This document shows, piece by piece, positions 44,140-57,050 of a stretch of 64,000 bases of DNA (position 1 is its first letter; the number at the start of each line of letters is the position of its first letter). Made by a program: the position numbers and the translations under genes. The notes beneath the pieces are model-generated. The model saw nothing but the letters and a program-made list of their open reading frames with translations. It did no database searches and was not told the origin of the DNA. This DNA comes from Paramoeba atlantica (Eukaryota > Protista > Discosea). The DNA lies in contig CDRNVI010000002.1 of assembly GCA_977017575.1 (NCBI GenBank), positions 496,001 to 560,000 of the forward strand, in the 5' to 3' direction.

Positions 44140-46639
44140 TAGAGCGGAGCGGGTGAATGCCTTGTTTAAGGATCATGGTCTTCCACCTGAGCAGCGGTAC
44201 ACATTCAACGGTATAACATATCACCATCGTGAGGGGAAGGTATCACTGGGACCAAAATTGACCCGCAGATTAGAGCATGATGAATTTATTGGTGCTACGT
44301 ATTCATCGTTAGAGGCTGGTGTCGGACGTCTGGTTTTTGCCTCAGGTGTCATGGGTGTGAATCTACCTCAATATCATCTGGAGTTAAAAATTGTGCGCCG
44401 GAGAATCAATAGGTTAAATCGAGAACCCGAACTGCTCGATCAAATCACTTGGGGATGTCGATCTCGAGGGTAGTGCCGGACGAAGATATCAACAAAGAAA
44501 AGATGGTCTTTAACAAAAGATGGTCTTTAATCTTTTTTTTTTTTTTCGTATTCCTAATTTATCCTCCTACCTTTTCCACTTCTTCCTATTACTACTGAGT
44601 CACCCTTTGCCTTAGCTTTTTGAGCAACCATGGGGTTATAGGTATCATTTTTTTTTTTTTCACTTTTTATAAAGAACAGTGACAAAGAACACTACATAAG
44701 AAAAAGGTCTGTTTCAAAGTAAACTTCGTAGCCTGACATCCTCGTCTTCTTTTCTTCGTCTGACGCAATCGTCTCAAAAGGTGAGTTCACTTTCTTTTCT
44801 GTCCCGTGATATGTATTTCCTAAGTTGTGAGTACGCCACTGCACCATTCAGCTCCTGTAACAATACCTGGAACTCTGATTTGATTTGTTGTCTCTGACTT
44901 CCGCTAGCGTCCGCAAGTGCTGAGAGCAGGGATTGCGTGTTCGTGTGCATCGCGCCTCCTGACAGGATGGGGATACATTGAAAGGAGCTTTCCGATATTT
45001 TTCCAGATTTCACGTATGTGTCGTGTTTGCGCTTGGAGGCCTCTCGAAACAGCTGGGCGCATTTCGTCGCAAGATTGGAGGGAGCGAGTTCATGTACAAC
45101 GGTTAGGTCGTAATATATTTCCCCACTTGCCCAATAGATAACGAGATCTGGCCCGGACCGACGGAAAGATCTGCCTCCACATGCTCGTTCGTGGGTCCGT
45201 TTGTGGTTTGGTTCAACCATATCGTTGCATTGTGTGCAACGGAGGGTGGAAAAAGTTCGAGGCTCCTTTACACACGGAATGCCGGTTTTTAAACACAGTT
45301 CGTATAAGAAGTTGACCAGGGTGCTGTGCTTTACCGTTGCGTTTAAACCAGCGCATTTTGAGCATCCTGTAATATGTCGTATCATGTTGTCAGAATTCAG
45401 AAGAATTTTGCACCCTGGACAAATAATATGGGAGGGCAAATCCGGATGTGCAATTCCAAGTCTCGGCATTATGGCAAGTCGGAAGAGGTGGGGTGGAATT
45501 AATTTTGTGTCCGACAGTACCCACTCGCTGTTTCCTTTGAATGCTACTTTCTCGAGTATTTTGGACATGTCCGATGTGCCGCTTGTCAATTTCTTCCAGG
45601 TTCTAGAGTGTATCTGGGCTGCCGTAGTTGTTGTGTCATTGGGAGGAATACTTGTGTGCTGCTGGTCGTGGGCGCTTTGTATTTCGAGGTTGTCGGTCCG
45701 AGCTGAGTTGTTCACTTGTTGCTCAAGAACCGAGTACCTGGATGATTCATATGCTGCCCTTCTTGTCGTTGCGCATGCTGTTAATCCTAAGCCCCCTTTC
45801 TTCGTTGGCATGCGTATTAGCGACATTTGTTCTTCATTTAATTCTCCGAACCACGATTCGACCACTTTCTCAGTTTCCGTGTCAAAGCCCTCCGCTGAAT
45901 TTTCGGAGGCGGCGGGATTGTGAACACGCATATGATATGTCTGTCTTACATTGACACACTTGGAGAGAATCTTGCATGACAGGTTGCTAGGGCCCATGCG
46001 CTTGAGTCGACGGAATATGTCATTGTGTTTCTCCAACGACTTCGACAAACATTGACTCACAACTTTATCATCTCCAACGAACGCTCCCAGTACAGACACG
46101 CTCCCACGACACGCTCCCAGTATCAAATAGTGCCCTTGCCAACGCCAGTACGGGTTGCGCTAACTGAGTGGCGCGATACCCTTTTATATCGATCGCCGGT
46201 GGTTCCGCTTCCGCATCCGGAAACAGTTCCGCATCGGCACATTTTATGTACAGACGCCTCCTCGAAGGGTTGGGGGGCAGTTTTATATCTGGATTACGGA
46301 CAAATGTTGTGCACTGGATCTCAATGGCCCCCTGATTTCGAGTATGAAGTTAACCGCGCGGAAGCGCGGGCTGTTCGCTTGGTCTTTCAAAAATATGGTC
46401 ATCATTTCAACTCGGATACATGCGTCGACCTGTATGTTGACAATACTTCGTGCGTTGCTGCGATAAATAGAAAAATGCCACGTTCAGACGGTATAACTTC
46501 TGAGCTACGCCGGTTGTTAGATTTCTTAAAGCGTAAAGGTGTCGCCGTTCAGGCACAGTATATTTGTTCGAACGAAAATCCGGCCGATCCTTATAGTAGA
46601 CTCTGCACGGTAGACTCGGATAAAGCAGATGTCATGTAG
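44140..46639 (+). pseudogene. YR-element RT tail plus RNase H (further family), split by the 44446-46121 insertion
   Basis: Uninterrupted copy at 54256-55059; LCTDASSKGWG, NPADPYSR. Confidence 0.85.
44446..46121 (-). mobile_element. Composite insertion: 5'-truncated CRE-A (ORF to 44774, A-tail 44648-44661) plus about 200 bp of extra sequence; 7-bp TSD ATCAAAT
   Basis: TSD 44439-44445 and 46122-46128; empty site at 54542-54548. Confidence 0.9.
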
Positions 46640-47039
46640 TCGACTTACTTTGAATTTGAAGATACGATACCAAAAAAAAAAAAAAAAATGTAGCAGTGAA
46701 TATCGAGAAGCACGGGCACGGTGAGCGATACGGAAATTCCTTATGATTTATTTTGGCGGAGTAGGCACCGCTGAAATACATCAACGTGCGATTGGGTTGT
46801 AAATGGAAGTAGGACGAGCGAATGGGTGGTCCCCGCGTCACCCGTTCGCAAGCTGGGAGAGGACAGAAGTGTTGTGGGATTATTTAATTTTGTTATGTTA
46901 TTACCGGTCATACAGTATTCATATGAATTTTGAATGTGCATAGAATTGAACGTATCAAATATCAGATAGAAGAGGGGAATGAAGATATTGTTTTGCTTAG
47001 TGCTTTCTTTCTTTCTTATAATATTTATGATGCACAATT

Positions 47040-48351
47040 CGGCGCATACATCGGTGATCCAGATTGTATCAGTCAGAAACTTTGTGACATTCTACAGAAG
47101 CACCAATCAGCATTTCGTAGACTAAAAAAAATGGGGATCAACAATGTGTCCACTCTACTACTATCAAAGTGCGTAAACATCAGACACCGTTACCACATTC
47201 TGGTACATGATCCACAACAAACTCTGGATATGGCCTCTGATTTCGACGCAGAAGTAAATAAAACCCTCAAGGCTTGGCTAGGCAACCTCACGGACCGACA
47301 GATATCTTGGCTACGTCTACCGACGCGCAAGGGTGGACTGGGAGTCACCCCCATCGAACCACTACGTGAATCTTCGTACAGCGCTTCAAAATTTGCTGCT
47401 CTTGAGCATCGAAAACCCTCTTCAGCTCGGGCAACCCAAACGATGAATGCGCCAACTCCGGTTGATGGTGATTCTCGCGACCCCTACATCAATTTCGATG
47501 AGCAAGCTAGTGAAGCAAAATACCACAACAAGGTCCGTCAAGCCTTAATAGAGGAAAAAACACTTGCGCCCATCATCAAACTAGCGTCTCACAAGGGTCA
47601 ATACGCTTGGCTCACATCCAAAGCTCGTCTAGTGCCTAGTTCAGCATTCAAATTATCGATTATGCCGAGATTCGCACTACACCACCCACAAATCCCGGAC
47701 GATGTTCAATGCCCTGGGTGCAAAAGTCTCCTTACGTCATCTACCATACTAAATCATATCCCTGAGTGCGCAAAATGTGCAGGAGTAAATGTGACAACCA
47801 AACACCACGCCTTAGTTCGGTACATCTATGAGCTTTGCTTGAAGAGTGGCCTCACCTGTGAAAAAGAACCTCGGCAATTTTCTTCATTTCAGTGCTCCGG
47901 ATGCCAGAATAGTGTAACCGAGGAAAATCTCACAGAACACCAGCGCAGCTGTCGCGGCAGTGTCCGCAGATCTGGGCCCGACCTTATGATCTACTGGGCA
48001 GACGGTCCGATGTATTATGACCTAACTGTAGTTCACGAGTTTTCAGCAGCTCACATAAACAAAACGCCTCAAAAAATGATGAACGAAGTCATCACGAAGA
48101 AACGCGACCGTTACGTAACTTCTGGGATGATTGCGAATGATCGTTTCATGTGTATCCCTGTCCTTTCGGGTGGAGCGCTACATAAGTATACAAAACGTCT
48201 ATTAACAGCTTTAGCAGATCGTTGCCTTATTTCACGGCAACATATATTAGAAGACTTTGCCCTGTACCTCCAAGAACTGAACGGGAACATAGTTCTGTCG
48301 CAGATGCAAAAATATTTAACTCCCGACAAGGAAGAACAATACACCATATAA
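47040..48351 (+). pseudogene. CRE-like (A) C-terminal fragment; duplicate at about 55457-56769
   Basis: FRRLKKMG, GGLGV, CPGC, RSGPDL, YYDLTVVHE. Confidence 0.88.
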
Positions 48352-48632
48352 GTTCAGACAGTGGACCAAAAGAGATGATCTCCCTCTCGTTTTTAATCAG
48401 ACAGGAAAATGCATGTTTGTTCTGCTATTAAAGCTAGTTTGCAAAAAAAAAAACGAGAACGAAAAACTATACGAAGCCACCAATACTGTGGAAAACAGAG
48501 TGATGCGGAACAAAAAAAAAAGTGGTGGAAAGTTGTATTCTATTCTTTTGAATACTTTATATCCTTAATGTTATGTTATGTTATGTGTTCAGGTTAATAC
48601 AAAAAAAAAGTTTATAATAATACCAAAGTGAA

Positions 48633-48686
48633 AAGGTACAGAAACTGTATCTTTAACGATAAAGATAGAGTTTCTGTACCTTGTTG
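48633..48686 (+). other. SL exon (48651-48686) preceded by its own inverted copy (fold-back hairpin)
   Basis: 23-bp arms with ACGA loop; one C>G mismatch in this copy. Confidence 0.85.
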
Positions 48687-48822
48687 AAATTTAGGATGAT
48701 TGATATAATGGCCCTTCGGGGCACATAATATTTATATCTAAACATGAAGCAATCAAACACTCACGAAACTCAAACGTCTTTCTGCTGTGTATCCCAATAC
48801 GACATTAAATTCTTCTTGCTGT

Positions 48823-49830
48823 TTAAAGGAAACGTGTCACCCATTGTGTTCCTAAGGCGCGTGCCGTCGTTTCCGATCTTCCGGAGTATCGGAGTAGAGT
48901 GGTTACGTTCTTGTGGTTTGCGAGGTTCATTACTTCTTCCAATGTTAGTTTCTTCAGTGCCACTTGTTTCATCAGGGAGTGCACGGCTCCGTGCTTCATC
49001 GAATGTGAGGAATACCCCGGACCCAGATGCTTTCTGAGAAAACTCGCTACCTTTTGAGTGCTTGCCTGAGAGATTTTTTGATTGGGTTTCAATTTGCGAA
49101 TATGGGTGTATATCAGATGGGTATACGCACCTTCGATTACCACAAAACAATCTGGGCGAAAAGGTTGCATCTTTGTAGTTTTTGTTTTGTTTCCCATATG
49201 TAGAACAATGCTTGTAGGGTTCAGGTGAATTACATCCTTTCTTTGTAACTTGCAAATATCGCCTATTCGGGAGGCTGTCTTGTACGCCAACAGAACAGCT
49301 ATGAACATGTCTGTGGGCATCAGTCGGCTCAACTCGTTTATGTGATATTTGTTTACAGGTTTCGCTTGATGAGTCGGAATAGTGGCTCCCGTGCGTAAAA
49401 GAGTGTTGCAATACATCCTTATAAGTTCGAAATTTTGTCCGGAGGCTTTCAGAAGGGCTTGCAAGTGCTTCCCGTATGTTAGCTTTGTCTGGTTTGTTAC
49501 TGTCATTTGATTGAGAAATTCGATTGCTCCATCGCTGCAAAACTGAAATCTTTTCTCTTCCATTCGTCTTAAAAGGCGGGCTCTTGTTTTCCATGTGTTG
49601 ACACTCCACATTTTCCGAAGGCAATTTCTGGTTATTGGCTGGATTATTCCTAAGAAATTCATTACATAATCTTCCTCCCTGATGTCGGAATTCTTCTTTT
49701 GTTGGCAGTTTATCTTGTTCTGACTTGTCACACTCTTTGTTTGGGGCAGATTTACTGATTTTGAATTTTGTTTTGTAATTTTTAGTTCCATCAAATTTTT
49801 CGTTCTGTATTCCCTTTTTGAAAGTATCAT
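48823..49830 (-). CDS. Tyrosine recombinase (duplicate)
   Basis: One amino-acid difference from 38720-39727. Confidence 0.88.
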   Translation of the reverse strand: MILSKREYRTKNLMELKITKQNSKSVNLPQTKSVTSQNKINCQQKKNSDIREEDYVMNFLGIIQPITRNCLRKMWSVNTWKTRARLLRRMEEKRFQFCSDGAIEFLNQMTVTNQTKLTYGKHLQALLKASGQNFELIRMYCNTLLRTGATIPTHQAKPVNKYHINELSRLMPTDMFIAVLLAYKTASRIGDICKLQRKDVIHLNPTSIVLHMGNKTKTTKMQPFRPDCFVVIEGAYTHLIYTHIRKLKPNQKISQASTQKVASFLRKHLGPGYSSHSMKHGAVHSLMKQVALKKLTLEEVMNLANHKNVTTLLRYSGRSETTARALGTQWVTRFL

Positions 49831-49869
49831 GTTCGACTGACTTTTTGCACGGGGGCAGACTCCTGTGAG

Positions 49870-51162
49870 TCAATTGCTCCGGCCAGTGGACCCCCGTCCG
49901 TAGAAAACCGGGTTTAAGCCCCCCCGATTTACTGCCCTGAAATTCCGTGAATAAGGCCGTTGAATGTCCCTACCATAGTGATTTTTTTGATTAGTTTCGG
50001 TTTGTGAATATGTTGCGGAAACATTCTGTTGTCCTGATCGGTATCCCCGCATTGGCGTGAAACCTCGTCCTCTGCCCCGGTTATAATTTACGCTTGTATT
50101 GATCAAATCCCCCAAGACGTCATCTGAATTTCGGTGGGCATTATAATGAGATTGCACATAACTAGTATCGGAGCCCTTTAATGACCCCAGTTTAATGCGT
50201 AAACGGTCAAGTGTCAACTGTCCAACTTCAAAATGTTTTTCTGAATCTTCAGCTTCATTCTGGCGATCTGCTGTTGCTCGCATCCATTGTTTTAATAATT
50301 CCCACAGAAATTTCAATTCTTCATTCAGATAAATTGGCATTTGCAATGCTTCTTTCAGCCGATTTTCCAAAATATCTAGAGAGAACGGTTCACCAGAGTT
50401 TAGTATTCCAGACCAGGTTCGTACTTTCTGCCATTTAAATGAACTCTCTTCGAATTGACCACGAAGTTCGGATCCTGAGATATCTGAAGTTTCCTCATCT
50501 TTCGGAACCTTAGATACGATCTTAATATTGTTGTACATGACACCTTCCTCAGGTAAAGCGTACAGGCCCTGGCCATAGTCGACTTGTAAAAAGGGTTTTC
50601 CATTTTCATCAATTCCGGGATAGGCTATTCCTTTCCACACTTGCAAAGCACTTGGACCTAATTCTTCATAGTACCACGAAACATCCAGCTCGACGGTGTA
50701 CTTGTCTAGAAGAGAAGTAACTTTGCAAATAACTTTTTTCAACTCGTCGGGGCTCATACAATGATTCGGGTTCACTTGTTCGTGGTGGCGCACTTCACTA
50801 GTACCCGCATCAGAGGTTCCTATGCTTGATCCTTTTTGATTCTGACGGTCGTTCAACCTTTGGGTCACTTCCATCGTCATGGAGCGCAATATCTTCATTT
50901 CATTCCGTACTTCCTCATCACGTTTTCCAAACTCTTTTTGGAGATTTTCTTGCGCAGTTGAAACTTTCTTTACGTCCGTACGAAATTCGGAAATCTGCTG
51001 TAATATTATCTGTAAAGTTTGATTAATGTTCGAATCTTCCCCCGTACCCACAGTAACGCTATCTCCACCACAAGGCTGAACCATAACAGGTTCTTCAGAG
51101 AGCGGGCCCGACTCAGGTGCAGCTTGAGACGAATCCGCCAGTTGAGAACGTGTTGAAACCAT
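49870..51162 (-). CDS. Gag-like ORF (duplicate)
   Basis: Near-identical to 39767-41059. Confidence 0.75.
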   Translation of the reverse strand: MVSTRSQLADSSQAAPESGPLSEEPVMVQPCGGDSVTVGTGEDSNINQTLQIILQQISEFRTDVKKVSTAQENLQKEFGKRDEEVRNEMKILRSMTMEVTQRLNDRQNQKGSSIGTSDAGTSEVRHHEQVNPNHCMSPDELKKVICKVTSLLDKYTVELDVSWYYEELGPSALQVWKGIAYPGIDENGKPFLQVDYGQGLYALPEEGVMYNNIKIVSKVPKDEETSDISGSELRGQFEESSFKWQKVRTWSGILNSGEPFSLDILENRLKEALQMPIYLNEELKFLWELLKQWMRATADRQNEAEDSEKHFEVGQLTLDRLRIKLGSLKGSDTSYVQSHYNAHRNSDDVLGDLINTSVNYNRGRGRGFTPMRGYRSGQQNVSATYSQTETNQKNHYGRDIQRPYSRNFRAVNRGGLNPVFYGRGSTGRSN

Positions 51163-51223
51163 AAAATTTTTAAACTATGAGTAGTGAAAAAAGGCCAATC
51201 TCAATCAATTGAATTTTTAAATT

Positions 51224-54016
51224 ATGACTGTCTCCAAAATAACCTTCTATGTACATTTTCTCATTCGATACAATGGTCTTCAAAATTACTTTCGCATGCT
51301 TTCAAATCATCAGATGAACTTTCCAGAAAAAGCCAAAGATGATTCATCAGTGGATTTGTTACCAATACCCACGCTACGTTCAATAAGCCCTGACCTCGCT
51401 CCGTGTGTTGTCGTGGTGCTGAGGAACATCGTCCAGGAGTATATAAATTCCGATCACACGCAAAGAACAAAAATATGGCACCGTTTGCTATCAGCCATTA
51501 AGTTATCCCTAGCGACTGTTCGAGAAAACAGTGGAAAAAGGCGAAGACGGCGCCCGTTACGGGAGCCGTCTGACGGTGAACGAAAAGAGGAGACACTGAG
51601 CGATACACGGGCCATCAAACGAGCGACAAGGCTAGTATTGGAAGGATGTACTTCCAAGGCAGCCAAGGTCTTGGATCAGACCTTTACACCAAAGCAACTA
51701 ACGGATGAAGAGACCCTTGACAAGCTTGCCGCATTACATCCGCAAAGACAATACGAAGTTTCTTTGCCGGAGGATGCGCCGATAATTAGCGGAATAATGA
51801 CGGAGGAGCTACGGAAAGCTGGGAAGCGACTCGCAAAAGGCGTAAACCCTGGCCCAACTGGAATGACAGACGGGATTGTGCAACTCATGCTCGATGATGA
51901 GATCTCATGCACTAATCTTGCCCATATGATATCGGATCTAATCAACGGATTCGTGGATCACAGCGTTTTGTTTCGATTAAACCGAGCACGGCTCGTAGCC
52001 ATTCCTAAATCCAACGGAGGAGTCAGACCAGTGGCAATGGGCGAGATATTTATGAAGCTTGCCGGCGTTATATTGCTCCAGCGCTACGAACACACTTTGG
52101 GCCCTCTTTTTGCACCACTGCAACACGGCATTTCGTCAAAGGCAGGATGTGAAAAAATCGTTCATAGACTGCATGAGCGTCTTAAGTCTGGACACGTCAT
52201 TCTTTCCATTGACGCCAAAAACGCCTTCAACTCCCCGAATAGGGCGGATATTGCCAAACACGTATTTGCTTGTGGTACACTACGCCCGTTTCAACGGATC
52301 TTTCACGCTGAATACGGCCAACCCTCAGAGCTACTGTATTACGGATCCGATGGAACGCTATTCGGAGCCATTCCCAGCACATGTGGTTTGCGGCAAGGTT
52401 CCCCGCTGGCATCTCTATACTACTGCGCCTTCCTGCAGCCACTATTGGAGATTCTGAAACAAGAGTTTCCCGACATCGAAATATATGCGTTTATTGATGA
52501 CGTGAACGTGGCTTCGAAAAACCCACAATCATTGGCCAAAGCATTTGTAAGGCTCCAAGAAATGGTGAATGCTCACAACATTGAACTTGCTCCTGGAAAA
52601 TGCGTGTGGTTCGGTGGACAGGAAAAAATCCCGATTCCAGAACAGCTTGCAAATGAAGGGGTCAAGGCTGCGTACGGTTCTATAAAGAACCTTGGGGCAC
52701 ACCTTGGAGAAGACGAATCTGTAAAGTCGGGTTTGTTTCAGCAGCTTGTCAGGAATACCGAAGCCTTTCGCCGATTAAAACTTATGGGCGCCAACAATGT
52801 CTCACTTTTGCTACTTTCCAAAAGCATGAATGTGAGGCATCAATACGCCATAAGAGTGCACGAGCCAACGTTAACCGACGCGGTCTCTCTCAGTTTCGAC
52901 AACAACGCCGAAAAAGTGCTGCACCAGTGGTTGGGAGAAATGACCAAAGAGCAAATCGAATTGGCTCGGCTGCCGCTAAAGAAAGGAGGCCTCGGTCTGA
53001 CATCATGTCATAGTATTCGTGCGGCGTCATACGAAACTTCTCGTTACCTAGCTCTAGAGCGCAAAAACTCAATTTCTGCTCGGGCGGGCAATGTGAGTAA
53101 CGTATCCGCTATCATGGATAATGGAATGAGTCAAACAGCAGTGGTCGCCCCAATTGATGAAGTAACAACAGCCGCGCAATTGCACCAGAAAGCATACGAG
53201 GCTTTAAAGGATCACGATCCCAAGCTAGCCACAATATTAAATGCCACCACACGGAAAGGAAGTTATGACTGGTTACAGTCTAATGCTAAATTTGTACCCA
53301 CGCGTGCATTTCAGATTGCAATCATGACACGCCTTGGGATGCCTCATCCTCGACTCCCGAAATCGCTGCTGTGCCCCGGCTGTCGTATGTTACTCGACAA
53401 CAAAACAGCTTTGCAGCACATCCCCGGATGTTTCCAATGTACAGGGCTTAATGCCACAGTAAAGCACAATCGGCTGGTTAAGTATATCTTCGATTTGGCG
53501 CAAAAGGCCGGTATACAATGCGAGAAAGAACCGCGATCTTTTTCGACTTGGCAATGCGGAATTTGCAAGAATAAAGTGTTTCCAAGCAACAAAATGATTC
53601 ATGACAAAACATGTGCCGGACGTCAGCTGTTTCGCTCAGGGCCGGATTTGGTGATATATTGGTCAACCGGGGAAATATTTTATGATCTAACCGTGGTGCA
53701 CGAGCTATCGAACTCCAATCAAGTGAAATCTTGTTCCCAGCTTCTTACAGATGCAATCAAGCGGAAACGGGATACATATGTGACATCCGGAAAAATTCCC
53801 GACTTCGCATTTCAGTGCATCCCAGTGCTGTCCTGCGGCTCTCTTCATCAAAATACGAGATCTCTGTTGCATGTCCTATCCGACGCGGCACTCTTAAATC
53901 GTCGAGCAACTGAAATGGAGTTCAAGCTCCTACTTCAGGAACTTAATGGGACGGAAGTGTACGCCCAGTTGCGGAACCACTTATCCCCGGAAGGCAGCAG
54001 CAGGTACAGCATTTGA
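51224..54016 (+). CDS. CRE-like RT-RLE ORF (duplicate)
   Basis: Near-identical to 41121-43913. Confidence 0.93.
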   Translation: MTVSKITFYVHFLIRYNGLQNYFRMLSNHQMNFPEKAKDDSSVDLLPIPTLRSISPDLAPCVVVVLRNIVQEYINSDHTQRTKIWHRLLSAIKLSLATVRENSGKRRRRRPLREPSDGERKEETLSDTRAIKRATRLVLEGCTSKAAKVLDQTFTPKQLTDEETLDKLAALHPQRQYEVSLPEDAPIISGIMTEELRKAGKRLAKGVNPGPTGMTDGIVQLMLDDEISCTNLAHMISDLINGFVDHSVLFRLNRARLVAIPKSNGGVRPVAMGEIFMKLAGVILLQRYEHTLGPLFAPLQHGISSKAGCEKIVHRLHERLKSGHVILSIDAKNAFNSPNRADIAKHVFACGTLRPFQRIFHAEYGQPSELLYYGSDGTLFGAIPSTCGLRQGSPLASLYYCAFLQPLLEILKQEFPDIEIYAFIDDVNVASKNPQSLAKAFVRLQEMVNAHNIELAPGKCVWFGGQEKIPIPEQLANEGVKAAYGSIKNLGAHLGEDESVKSGLFQQLVRNTEAFRRLKLMGANNVSLLLLSKSMNVRHQYAIRVHEPTLTDAVSLSFDNNAEKVLHQWLGEMTKEQIELARLPLKKGGLGLTSCHSIRAASYETSRYLALERKNSISARAGNVSNVSAIMDNGMSQTAVVAPIDEVTTAAQLHQKAYEALKDHDPKLATILNATTRKGSYDWLQSNAKFVPTRAFQIAIMTRLGMPHPRLPKSLLCPGCRMLLDNKTALQHIPGCFQCTGLNATVKHNRLVKYIFDLAQKAGIQCEKEPRSFSTWQCGICKNKVFPSNKMIHDKTCAGRQLFRSGPDLVIYWSTGEIFYDLTVVHELSNSNQVKSCSQLLTDAIKRKRDTYVTSGKIPDFAFQCIPVLSCGSLHQNTRSLLHVLSDAALLNRRATEMEFKLLLQELNGTEVYAQLRNHLSPEGSSRYSI

Positions 54017-54255
54017 GCCAAACGTATCAACATAGTTTCGCTTTTCAATGCCTATATTAAGAGTTTACGAAAAGAATTTTAGGAAGTGTGCAGTGGTTAA
54101 CGTGTTTCATGCACGCACCAACCAGTGCAATCTTGAATACATCTTTAGCATATACTGCACTTTTACGCATAAACTTTACGTGTAATGTACTTTTGTTTCG
54201 TTATTTCATATAATATTTCTTAGAAGAAGATTCTTAGGACGATAGAGCGGAGCGG

Positions 54256-55059
54256 GTGAATGCCTTGTTTAAGGATCATGGTCTTCCACCTGAGCAGCGG
54301 TACACATTCAACGGTATAACATATCACCATCGTGAGGGGAAGGTATCACTGGGACCAAAATTGACCCGCAGATTAGAGCATGATGAATTTATTGGTGCTA
54401 CGTATTCATCGTTAGAGGCTGGTGTCGGACGTCTGGTTTTTGCCTCAGGTGTCATGGGTGTGAATCTACCTCAATATCATCTGGAGTTAAAAATTGTGCG
54501 CCGGAGAATCAATAGGTTAAATCGAGAACCCGAACTGCTCGATCAAATAGTGCCCTTGCCAACGCCAGTACGGGTTGCGCTAACTGAGTGGCGCGATACC
54601 CTTTTATATCGATCGCCGGTGGTTCCGCTTCCGCATCCGGAAACAGTTCCGCATCGGCACATTTTATGTACAGACGCCTCCTCGAAGGGTTGGGGGGCAG
54701 TTTTATATCTGGATTACGGACAAATGTTGTGCACTGGATCTCAATGGCCCCCTGATTTCGAGTATGAAGTTAACCGCGCGGAAGCGCGGGCTGTTCGCTT
54801 GGTCTTTCAAAAATATGGTCATCATTTCAACTCGGATACATGCGTCGACCTGTATGTTGACAATACTTCGTGCGTTGCTGCGATAAATAGAAAAATGCCA
54901 CGTTCAGACGGTATAACTTCTGAGCTACGCCGGTTGTTAGATTTCTTAAAGCGTAAAGGTGTCGCCGTTCAGGCACAGTATATTTGTTCGAACGAAAATC
55001 CGGCCGATCCTTATAGTAGACTCTGCACGGTAGACTCGGATAAAGCAGATGTCATGTAG
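54256..55059 (+). pseudogene. YR-element RT tail plus RNase H (empty-site copy)
   Basis: RNase H motifs TDAS, E, DN, NPAD. Confidence 0.85.
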
Positions 55060-57050
55060 TCGACTTACTTTGAATTTGAAGATACGATACCAAAAAAAAA
55101 AAAAAATGTAGCAGTGAATATCGAGAAGCACGGGCACGGTGAGCGATACGGAAATTCCTTATGATTTATTTTGGCGGAGTAGGCACCGCTGAAATACATC
55201 AACGTGCGATTGGGTTGTAAATGGAAGTAGGACGAGCGAATGGGTGGTCCCCGCGTCACCCGTTCGCAAGCTGGGAGAGGACAGAAGTGTTGTGGGATTA
55301 TTTAATTTTGTTATGTTATTACCGGTCATACAGTATTCATATGAATTTTGAATGTGCATAGAATTGAACGTATCAAATATCAGATAGAAGAGGGGAATGA
55401 AGATATTGTTTTGCTTAGTGCTTTCTTTCTTTCTTATAATATTTATGATGCACAATTCGGCGCATACATCGGTGATCCAGATTGTATCAGTCAGAAACTT
55501 TGTGACATTCTACAGAAGCACCAATCAGCATTTCGTAGACTAAAAAAAATGGGGATCAACAATGTGTCCACTCTACTACTATCAAAGTGCGTAAACATCA
55601 GACACCGTTACCACATTCTGGTACATGATCCACAACAAACTCTGGATATGGCCTCTGATTTCGACGCAGAAGTAAATAAAACCCTCAAGGCTTGGCTAGG
55701 CAACCTCACGGACCGACAGATATCTTGGCTACGTCTACCGACGCGCAAGGGTGGACTGGGAGTCACCCCCATCGAACCACTACGTGAATCTTCGTACAGC
55801 GCTTCAAAATTTGCTGCTCTTGAGCATCGAAAACCCTCTTCAGCTCGGGCAACCCAAACGATGAATGCGCCAACTCCGGTTGATGGTGATTCTCGCGACC
55901 CCTACATCAATTTCGATGAGCAAGCTAGTGAAGCAAAATACCACAACAAGGTCCGTCAAGCCTTAATAGAGGAAAAAACACTTGCGCCCATCATCAAACT
56001 AGCGTCTCACAAGGGTCAATACGCTTGGCTCACATCCAAAGCTCGTCTAGTGCCTAGTTCAGCATTCAAATTATCGATTATGCCGAGATTCGCACTACAC
56101 CACCCACAAATCCCGGACGATGTTCAATGCCCTGGGTGCAAAAGTCTCCTTACGTCATCTACCATACTAAATCATATCCCTGAGTGCGCAAAATGTGCAG
56201 GAGTAAATGTGACAACCAAACACCACGCCCTAGTTCGGTACATCTATGAGCTTTGCTTGAAGAGTGGCCTCACCTGTGAAAAAGAACCTCGGCAATTTTC
56301 TTCATTTCAGTGCTCCGGATGCCAGAATAGTGTAACCGAGGAAAATCTCACAGAACACCAGCGCAGCTGTCGCGGCAGTGTCCGCAGATCTGGGCCCGAC
56401 CTTATGATCTACTGGGCAGACGGTCCGATGTATTATGACCTAACTGTAGTTCACGAGTTTTCAGCAGCTCACATAAACAAAACGCCTCAAAAAATGATGA
56501 ACGAAGTCATCACGAAGAAACGCGACCGTTACGTAACTTCTGGGATGATTGCGAATGATCGTTTCATGTGTATCCCTGTCCTTTCGGGTGGAGCGCTACA
56601 TAAGTATACAAAACGTCTATTAACAGCTTTAGCAGATCGTTGCCTTATTTCACGGCAACATATATTAGAAGACTTTGCCCTGTACCTCCAAGAACTGAAC
56701 GGGAACATAGTTCTGTCGCAGATGCAAAAATATTTAACTCCCGACAAGGAAGAACAATACACCATATAAGTTCAGACAGTGGACCAAAAGAGATGATCTC
56801 CCTCTCGTTTTTAATCAGACAGGAAAATGCATGTTTGTTCTGCTATTAAAGCTAGTTTGCAAAAAAAAAAACGAGAACGAAAAACTATACGAAGCCACCA
56901 ATACTGTGGAAAACAGAGTGATGCGGAACAAAAAAAAAAGTGGTGGAAAGTTGTATTCTATTCTTTTGAATACTTTATATCCTTAATGTTATGTTATGTT
57001 ATGTGTTCAGGTTAATACAAAAAAAAAGTTTATAATAATACCAAAGTGAA

